A program made the position numbers and the translations under genes. The notes beneath the pieces were generated by a model, which was given only the letters and a program-made list of their open reading frames with translations, ran no database searches and was not told where the DNA came from. 57,861 bases of DNA. Origin: a virus. Lineage: Duplodnaviria; Caudoviricetes. The stretch is taken from positions 1-57,861 of IMG/VR virus record IMGVR_UViG_3300048996_000092. One strand, given 5' to 3'. This document shows positions 52,705 to 57,861 of the stretch, piece by piece (the stretch's first letter is position 1; every line of letters starts with the position of its first letter).

Positions 52705-52902
52705 ATGAAAAAGCTAGCGTTCGTTCTGCTGTTGACCGGCTGCGCCTCTACCGGAGGTGGCAGATATGCGCCGCCGCCCCAGTGTGACTCCACCGACGTG
52801 GTAGTTAGCGCAGCTCTTCCACAGCCAACGGACTTGCAGGACTTGGTTCGCCGACGCCAGGACGCGGAGCGCCGCGCGCGGTGTAAGGCTCAAGAAAGTT
52901 GA
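52705..52902 (+). CDS. Small lipoprotein
   Basis: MKKLAFVLLLTGC lipobox. Confidence 0.7.
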   Translation: MKKLAFVLLLTGCASTGGGRYAPPPQCDSTDVVVSAALPQPTDLQDLVRRRQDAERRARCKAQES

Positions 52903-52944
52903 GGGGTTGAATCACCATTCCCGGAGGACAACCCTTTCAACTGG

Positions 52945-52979
52945 TGGGCGTGTGGTGAAAGCTGCACGCCCATTTTTTT
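52945..52979 (+). terminator. Intrinsic terminator of the rightward arm
   Basis: TGGGCGTGTGG-loop-CTGCACGCCCA followed by T7. Confidence 0.85.
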
Positions 52980-53070
52980 GCCGAGGATAGGAGAGGGGAG
53001 GGCCGTGCGTGCCTGCCGTGCCCTCCATCCCTGGTGTTACCCCGCGAAGCGCCGCGGTGACGATGACGAT

Positions 53071-53162
53071 TAATAACCCGGTGTCTTAGCCACCTAAACG
53101 ACTTCCCCATAAAGTTTGGTGGAGGGGAAGACGGGATTCGAACCCGTGTTTCCGAGTGATCA
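53071..53162 (-). ncRNA. Circularly permuted tRNA-like structure (3' half precedes 5' half, no anticodon loop)
   Basis: Minus strand reads ACTCGG-AAAC-ACGGG TTCGAAT CCCGT-CTTCCCC-T-CCA, 11-nt linker, GGGGAAG-TC-GTTT AGGTGGCTA AGAC-A-CCGGGT. Confidence 0.8.
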
Positions 53163-53249
53163 TATGTGCTTTGCTTCGCGCCTTACGCTGACGATTGTTA
53201 GGTGATACGCAGACGAGGACTATCACTCTGACAATGACGACAACGCTAC

Positions 53250-54023
53250 CTAACTCTGTTTCAGCGGCTCCAGCAGTAGCGGCACGAGAATCGCCGCGAC
53301 TGAGCCTTTCACAACCTCTGTGTCATTCGCGCGCGTTCGCGCCTGTTTCACTTCAACCAGCAGCTCGTCGATCAGCTTAAGCGCTTCCGCTTTCTGTGAC
53401 GACGTTGCCGCGCCGCTGCGCTTAACGGTGGTGAATTTGCCGACCACCGCATCACGCTGAATGGCTTGAACCTGTGCAGGATGCTTCTCGGTCGCGGGCG
53501 ACATCACGACCGGGACAACCTGCTTTTCAGTCTTGGTCGTCTCTTCCGCGTACTTCGTGACATAGATGTGCGCGCCGACAGCTGCCGCCAGTTCCCAATG
53601 CTTGGTTGCGTCGAGCGTGGGGATCTCCGCGTAGAGTGCGCGCAGCTTGGTTATCCGCGCCTCAAGGCCCATCAGTTCGTCCACCGGCAGTCCGGCCAGA
53701 AGTTCCTTGCCGCGCCACATAACAGTGCCCGTTGCCACGCGGTTGGTCGCATTCTTCTGGAACTGCAAATCCTCGGCGCGGCCGAATATCTGAAGCGCGT
53801 ATTCCAGGGTGTCGAATACCGTGGTGGTAACCGGCTTCTCCTCGCGCGCCATGTCTTCAATATTTTGGTTTGCTGGACTGTCTTCGATCATTGACAGGCT
53901 CTTGCTGTGGCCGTCGAAGAAGTGGGAGACGTTCTTGAATTTCTTCAGCGTGTCCTCGTACAGCTGGTTCCATGCGCCGGTCGGCGTTTTTTCCGCGGCA
54001 AGCAACTCATGCAGCTTGGCCAT
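53250..54023 (-). CDS. Conserved helical protein (recalled as DUF7873-like; unverified)
   Basis: MAKLHELLAAEK..KNATN..IPTLD..ATEKHPAQV..SGA..ARTRAN; AAGGAG RBS; overlaps the upstream gene by 17 nt. Confidence 0.75.
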   Translation of the reverse strand: MAKLHELLAAEKTPTGAWNQLYEDTLKKFKNVSHFFDGHSKSLSMIEDSPANQNIEDMAREEKPVTTTVFDTLEYALQIFGRAEDLQFQKNATNRVATGTVMWRGKELLAGLPVDELMGLEARITKLRALYAEIPTLDATKHWELAAAVGAHIYVTKYAEETTKTEKQVVPVVMSPATEKHPAQVQAIQRDAVVGKFTTVKRSGAATSSQKAEALKLIDELLVEVKQARTRANDTEVVKGSVAAILVPLLLEPLKQS

Positions 54024-55458
54024 GAACTTCTCCTTTCGGTGCGTGTGGTTGATCAGGTTGTAGAGCCAGCGCGACCGCATTAGGACCGTCGCGCCATGCG
54101 CGCCACAGGTCACGAAGCAGTCGCTTCTCGACGTACCGTTGCGCGCGGCGATGCCAAAGCATCTTGGAGCCGTCAGGAACTTTCTGCTGTTCGAACACCT
54201 TGCGCGCGAGATACAGGTCGCGATACGCGCTCTGCTGCTTGAGAAGTGAGTCGCCTATTACAAACATGATAGATCGTCGCGCGGGCGAGTAACCCATGAT
54301 GTCGCCCTTCGCCTTCGACTTGCACGCGGCCTTGCCATCGACGACGTGCAAACCCATGCGCTTCCAAATCTTGGCCGGGCTGGAATAGTTACCCAGGTCG
54401 CCGCATTCGCCGACTATCTGCGCAAGGCCGAGATCGCCGAATCCATTCACTGCCTCTACCCATGGCCACACCGGCAACTGCTTCGCCAATTTCCGGCATT
54501 TGCGCTCGGCTTCCTTACGTTGCACGGCTAGGCCCGCGCGCACTTCAACTAGGGGCTGCACGTAGAGAGCGAGCTTGGGGTCAACACCACGCCGCTGGAC
54601 GTCACGTAAGTCGAGGTCTCCCCCAAGCTCCGCAGAAGAAGCGATGTCGGCAATAAGGACGTGGTTGTCACTATCAACGGGGCCTTCATCGCTTGAACGG
54701 ACGGGCGCGGCGGCAGATCCTATCTGGGAATCCGCGTCGTTCGGGCCGCACGCGCCCTGTGAAACCGCGATGTCGGCACGCTCGCCTTGGCGGTCGACAT
54801 GGACTTGGCCTTCATCGCTAGAAAGGTCGGGCGCAACGACAGGGCTTTCGCGGGAATCAGCGGATTTTTGGTCGTCAGCGCCCTTCAATTTGAGTGCGCC
54901 TACATAGCGGCGCTCGATTGACTTGATGACGAGCGTCATTGACTTTTCCGGTCGGTGGAAGTCCTGACGGCGCCGGTGCGCCTCTCGAATCAAGTGGCAT
55001 AGGTCGGAGAGGGAAGGCATTCCAGTTTCGGGCGACAGACCGACACAGCCCTTCCCCTCCGATGGAAGATCAGCGCAAGCGCGCAACGGTGTCGCGGGCT
55101 GCGGTTCCAGAATGGCACGCTCGGCTGATGGAAAGTTGGACGAGTCAGGCACCACGTTGCTGGGCGTCACGTCATTCGAGGCCTGATCGTCCGATGAAAC
55201 GTCAGCACCAGCGCGCATGGCGGTCGCGGACTGCAGTTCCAATATGGCGCGCTGTGCTGATGGAAGGTCGGGCGACGAATCAGGCAGGACCCTGTTGGGC
55301 GTCACCGAGGGTGTGGCCTGATCGTCCGTAGAGACAGAAGGGCGCGGCAGTCGCGTTCGGGATAGCACCGTCTCATGGGCCTTGCCCTTCTTTGATTGGC
55401 GCCGAGCCTTGACATTGCCGTTCTGGGCGTCAAGCACATGCGGGTCTCGACTCAGCAT
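54007..55458 (-). CDS. Nop/IS110-C-terminal-like RNA-binding protein (TasA-like, no recognisable nuclease) with in-frame guide arrays
   Basis: Coiled coil plus VNGFGDLGLAQIVGECGDLGNYSSPAKIWKRMGL..YRDLY..HRRAQRYVEKRLLRDLW; GAGGAG RBS; ATG overlaps the upstream stop. Confidence 0.8.
   Translation of the reverse strand: MLSRDPHVLDAQNGNVKARRQSKKGKAHETVLSRTRLPRPSVSTDDQATPSVTPNRVLPDSSPDLPSAQRAILELQSATAMRAGADVSSDDQASNDVTPSNVVPDSSNFPSAERAILEPQPATPLRACADLPSEGKGCVGLSPETGMPSLSDLCHLIREAHRRRQDFHRPEKSMTLVIKSIERRYVGALKLKGADDQKSADSRESPVVAPDLSSDEGQVHVDRQGERADIAVSQGACGPNDADSQIGSAAAPVRSSDEGPVDSDNHVLIADIASSAELGGDLDLRDVQRRGVDPKLALYVQPLVEVRAGLAVQRKEAERKCRKLAKQLPVWPWVEAVNGFGDLGLAQIVGECGDLGNYSSPAKIWKRMGLHVVDGKAACKSKAKGDIMGYSPARRSIMFVIGDSLLKQQSAYRDLYLARKVFEQQKVPDGSKMLWHRRAQRYVEKRLLRDLWRAWRDGPNAVALALQPDQPHAPKGEVHGQAA
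54569..54883 (-). repeat. TIGR-like stem-loop guide array B (5 units), inside the CDS
   Basis: 32-nt cores start (minus strand) at 54871, 54808, 54745, 54682 and 54616, each closed by a stem. Confidence 0.85.
55004..55455 (-). repeat. TIGR-like stem-loop guide array A (7 units), 5' part of the CDS
   Basis: 32-nt cores start at 55444, 55379, 55316, 55247, 55181, 55115 and 55049, each closed by a stem. Confidence 0.85.
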
Positions 55459-55988
55459 GACTTTGTCTCCTCGTACATACGCGCGATGACGTCCTCCCTC
55501 ACGGAATGCCTGACGCACCCGCGTGCTGGCATTTCATTGGCGAGGGCGAGCAGCCAGCGCTTCTTGTGGCCGTTGCCAAGTTCCTGCAGTTCGTGAATGC
55601 GCGCTTGCGCAACGAGGTCATCTCTGTTTGCTGCGCCTAGGCTCATACCGCTCGCGAGAGGCCAGTCATACCAGTTACGCTCTATCGCCGTGATCAGTGC
55701 GTCGCCGGCATTGCCGCGTGCGCGAGTCGTGTGCTGGATAGATTGCCGCGTGTGGCGCAATGCCAGACGGATGACGTCGTATGCTGCCTGCTCTTTGAAG
55801 CGATCCAGAGCGGCGCGATACACGGCTGGCTCCGCATCCATAAGTGCCATGAACTTTTCCGCCGCTGCCCTGATGTCGCTCCCTGATTCATCAAGGAACT
55901 TCCTAGCCAGGGCGGCGAGGGTGATGTTGGCATAGGATCGTCGACGCCAACGTTCCCCCTCACCAGCCGATTCGTGTGGCGCTGCCAT
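55452..55988 (-). CDS. Hypothetical helical protein coupled to the Tas-like gene
   Basis: AAGGA RBS; its stop overlaps the Tas-like ATG (ATGCTGA). Confidence 0.7.
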   Translation of the reverse strand: MAAPHESAGEGERWRRRSYANITLAALARKFLDESGSDIRAAAEKFMALMDAEPAVYRAALDRFKEQAAYDVIRLALRHTRQSIQHTTRARGNAGDALITAIERNWYDWPLASGMSLGAANRDDLVAQARIHELQELGNGHKKRWLLALANEMPARGCVRHSVREDVIARMYEETKSC

Positions 55989-55999
55989 AAAAATTCCTT

Positions 56000-56257
56000 T
56001 CAGTTGACTGGAAGCTCTATCACGTGCCAGACAAAGCGGCCGTCATCGCACGTGCCAACGTACTGGCCGCGGTCTGGGATCAGATGGCCGGTGCCGATGA
56101 TTCTGAAGCGGCGATCGCACTGCGCACCATCAATATCAACCTCTACCCAGATGCATAAATCCGCCTGCATCGCGACGCGGCGGACGATGGCGCCCATGCT
56201 CATCGGGACGTCATTGTCGACACCGTGCCGCAGCGGATACTTAAAGATGGTGCGCAC
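56000..56257 (-). CDS. Small phage hypothetical protein
   Basis: RTIFKYPL..CIWVEVD..IIGTGH..YVGT..FVWHV. Confidence 0.65.
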   Translation of the reverse strand: MRTIFKYPLRHGVDNDVPMSMGAIVRRVAMQADLCIWVEVDIDGAQCDRRFRIIGTGHLIPDRGQYVGTCDDGRFVWHVIELPVN

Positions 56258-56258
56258 G

Positions 56259-56489
56259 TCAGGTCTCAGCTGCAATCCGCGCCGGCACCTTGTGGTCGGC
56301 GATGCGGCACAACCACGCCAGTTGATTGACGGTGATGTATGTGCCCAGCCCGTGCCGATTCGCCTTCAACATCATTTCGGCGGCGAATTCCTGGTCACCC
56401 TCGCTGCGCGCCTGGGACTGCGCGTCGCCGCACAACTGACGGAATTCGTAATCGGTTGCGTACCAGTCTGCTGCGCTCGTCATGACCAA
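56259..56489 (-). CDS. Hypothetical protein
   Basis: Fills the gap in the minus-strand operon. Confidence 0.55.
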   Translation of the reverse strand: MVMTSAADWYATDYEFRQLCGDAQSQARSEGDQEFAAEMMLKANRHGLGTYITVNQLAWLCRIADHKVPARIAAET

Positions 56490-57296
56490 TCACCGGTTTT
56501 GGGTTGTGGGGATTTGAATGAACGGCGTGGCGCCGCCCATCATGTACTGCGGCATTTTTCCGTCCCACCTTTGCACGGCTTCCCATTCGATCAGCTTGGC
56601 GTTCTGTTCCAGCGCGTTGGCGCGGATGCGGATGGACTCTGCGTCCGCCTTCGCGTTGAGGATCGTCGCCTTGGCGTTTCCCGAAGCTGTCTCAACCTTC
56701 TGATTGGCCTGCTCGCGGATTTGCACCGTGTGGTTCTGTTCCTCGATCGCCTTCTGCTGCGCGATCACCTTGGCCTCTACGGCGTGCTCGAACTCGGGCG
56801 TGTAGTCGATGTTTGTCAGCTGGAAGCCGGTGACGATGACGTTGCGCGCGGCGAGCTTCGAGGTTACTTCCGCCTCGATGGCGCGTGACGCCTTGTCGCG
56901 CTGCGCGATGATGTCAACCGCCTCGTGTTGGCCGAACTCACGCTTGATGCTCTCGTGCAGCACCTGCCCGACCAGCTTTGCCGCCCACTCCACTCCGACC
57001 GTTTGAAAGACCATGTGCGCCCGCGTCGGATCAAGGCGGTACGTCAGCGTGAACAGCACCTTGGCCTGCTGCACATCGCGCGTGTACGCGGTGGATTCGC
57101 CATCCCACTTCTGCACGCGCGTATCCATCTGGATGACGTCAGACGTAAAGGGGTTGTACCAATACAGGCCCTCCGGCAGTGATTCAGACATCACCTTGCC
57201 GAAGCGTGTTTCAACGCCGCGGTGGCCGGTGTCGACTGTCTGCCAGCCGCAGCCGCTTAGAGTCATGATCGCCGCGAACAACAGAATGCTTTTCAT
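56490..57296 (-). CDS. SPFH/prohibitin (band 7) family protein with lipobox-like N-terminus
   Basis: VDTGHRGVETRFGKV..EGLYW, AYTRDVQ, FEHAVEAK, RWDGKMPQ; LSGC. Confidence 0.9.
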   Translation of the reverse strand: MKSILLFAAIMTLSGCGWQTVDTGHRGVETRFGKVMSESLPEGLYWYNPFTSDVIQMDTRVQKWDGESTAYTRDVQQAKVLFTLTYRLDPTRAHMVFQTVGVEWAAKLVGQVLHESIKREFGQHEAVDIIAQRDKASRAIEAEVTSKLAARNVIVTGFQLTNIDYTPEFEHAVEAKVIAQQKAIEEQNHTVQIREQANQKVETASGNAKATILNAKADAESIRIRANALEQNAKLIEWEAVQRWDGKMPQYMMGGATPFIQIPTTQNR

Positions 57297-57511
57297 TTCT
57301 TCAACTCCTGGGTTTCCCTGGTGACGTGCCACAAAACTGCGCGACCTGATGCGGAGAAAAGCGCCAGCGGCCAAATCGCGCACAGAAGTAGGCGCCGCGG
57401 GAACTTCGAGAACGTTCTGGCGAAAGCGAGGTCCGACAGCGCGACCAACAGAAAGCCCATCGCGCCAAGCGACCAGACCATGAGGCTGAAGACAAACAAT
57501 CGGATCATCAC
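57293..57511 (-). CDS. Small membrane protein
   Basis: Two hydrophobic segments with a WP motif; coupled to the SPFH gene. Confidence 0.55.
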   Translation of the reverse strand: MMIRLFVFSLMVWSLGAMGFLLVALSDLAFARTFSKFPRRLLLCAIWPLALFSASGRAVLWHVTRETQELKK

Positions 57512-57720
57512 GACGCCACCTCCATTTCCTGCAGGTGCTGCGCGTCGCACTGCTCAACCTGATCTTTAACCCAGCGCGTCGTTTGACTGGTGAGGCGCAC
57601 CGGTCGGGGGACGCGCCCCGTTTGCGTCCACCGCCAAATAGTTGCCGGGTGAACGCCATAGCGCGCGGCCATCTGCCGAACGCTTAGATAAACGATGTGC
57701 GGCGCCTGTTTTGTCATCAC
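57508..57720 (-). CDS. AlpA-family excisionase/regulator
   Basis: YLSVRQMAARYGVHPATIWRW..PRPVRL..TRW. Confidence 0.85.
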   Translation of the reverse strand: MMTKQAPHIVYLSVRQMAARYGVHPATIWRWTQTGRVPRPVRLTSQTTRWVKDQVEQCDAQHLQEMEVAS

Positions 57721-57861
57721 GCGCTCTCGCGCGTGTCGATGACGTATTGAGCGTACGCGCTGCGCAGCTCCTTCACGTCGACCATGCGGCGGCGCCGCCC
57801 CTTGGGCACAGTCTGGATGCGCCCAGTCTCGATGAACGTGCGATAGAACTGCGTGCGCGAC
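57717..57861 (-). CDS. Excisionase-like HTH protein, 5'-truncated by window
   Basis: Reads SRTQFYRTFIETGRIQTVPKGRRRRMVDVKEL; TGA overlaps the next GTG. Confidence 0.55.
   Translation of the reverse strand, partial: SRTQFYRTFIETGRIQTVPKGRRRRMVDVKELRSAYAQYVIDTRESA

Larger units (their letters stand above)
34061..52902 (+). other. Rightward arm of small accessory ORFs including integrase and tRNA
   Basis: Chain of coupled plus-strand ORFs ending at the terminator at 52945-52979. Confidence 0.8.

Noticed and set aside
53071-53162. Ordinary tRNA, att-site tRNA fragment or two-piece tmRNA
   Set aside because: Both halves are present in swapped order with matching stems and no anticodon loop; a D stem is present, G3:U70 is absent and no tag ORF is evident
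54585-54616. SpacerA+revcomp(spacerB) reads C GAC TTA CGC CAC GCC GC (DLRHA, like a tyrosine recombinase motif)
   Set aside because: An 18-nt coincidence cannot be excluded; the related unit at 55181 gives a stop in that frame and this phage's integrase has HGFR; needs a database search
54569-55455. CRISPR array or plain protein repeat
   Set aside because: No constant direct repeat and no cas genes; the conserved features are base-pairing and 9-nt spacing, seen in two different reading frames
54007-55518. IS110/IS116 transposase (insertion sequence)
   Set aside because: No DEDD RuvC domain or catalytic SG motif, and the gene is overlap-coupled to phage genes on both sides
57780-57810. Suspected frameshift in the terminal HTH ORF
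   Set aside because: Recounting shows AAG GGG CGG is in frame and the ORF is continuous

Overview
About 58 kb of a GC-rich temperate siphovirus, probably infecting a Gram-negative proteobacterium (inferred from lipoprotein, beta-barrel and tail-tip genes). 1-22.3 kb (+) is a late operon: collagen-like protein, head-tail connectors interrupted by a six-gene glycosylation locus, tail tube, frameshifted chaperones, tape measure, a split GTA-type tail tip, a LamG fibre and a GH19 lysis cassette. 23-33.7 kb (-) and 34-52.9 kb (+) are divergent arms of small accessory genes, with a P4-like integrase, tRNA-Ser(CGA) and an attP-like region at the divergence point. The standout is the leftward operon at 53.0-56.0 kb. 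A nuclease-less Nop/IS110-C-terminal-like (TasA-like) gene carries 12 TIGR-format stem-loop guide units (CCN-9 nt-TG-N4-CCN-9 nt-TG) in-frame inside its own coding sequence: 7 at the 5' end and 5 inside the coiled coil. It is flanked by two overlapping partner genes and followed by a circularly permuted tRNA-like RNA with hexamer-periodic flanks. Three further structured non-coding regions were seen. All calls come from reading motifs by eye; no database searches were run.
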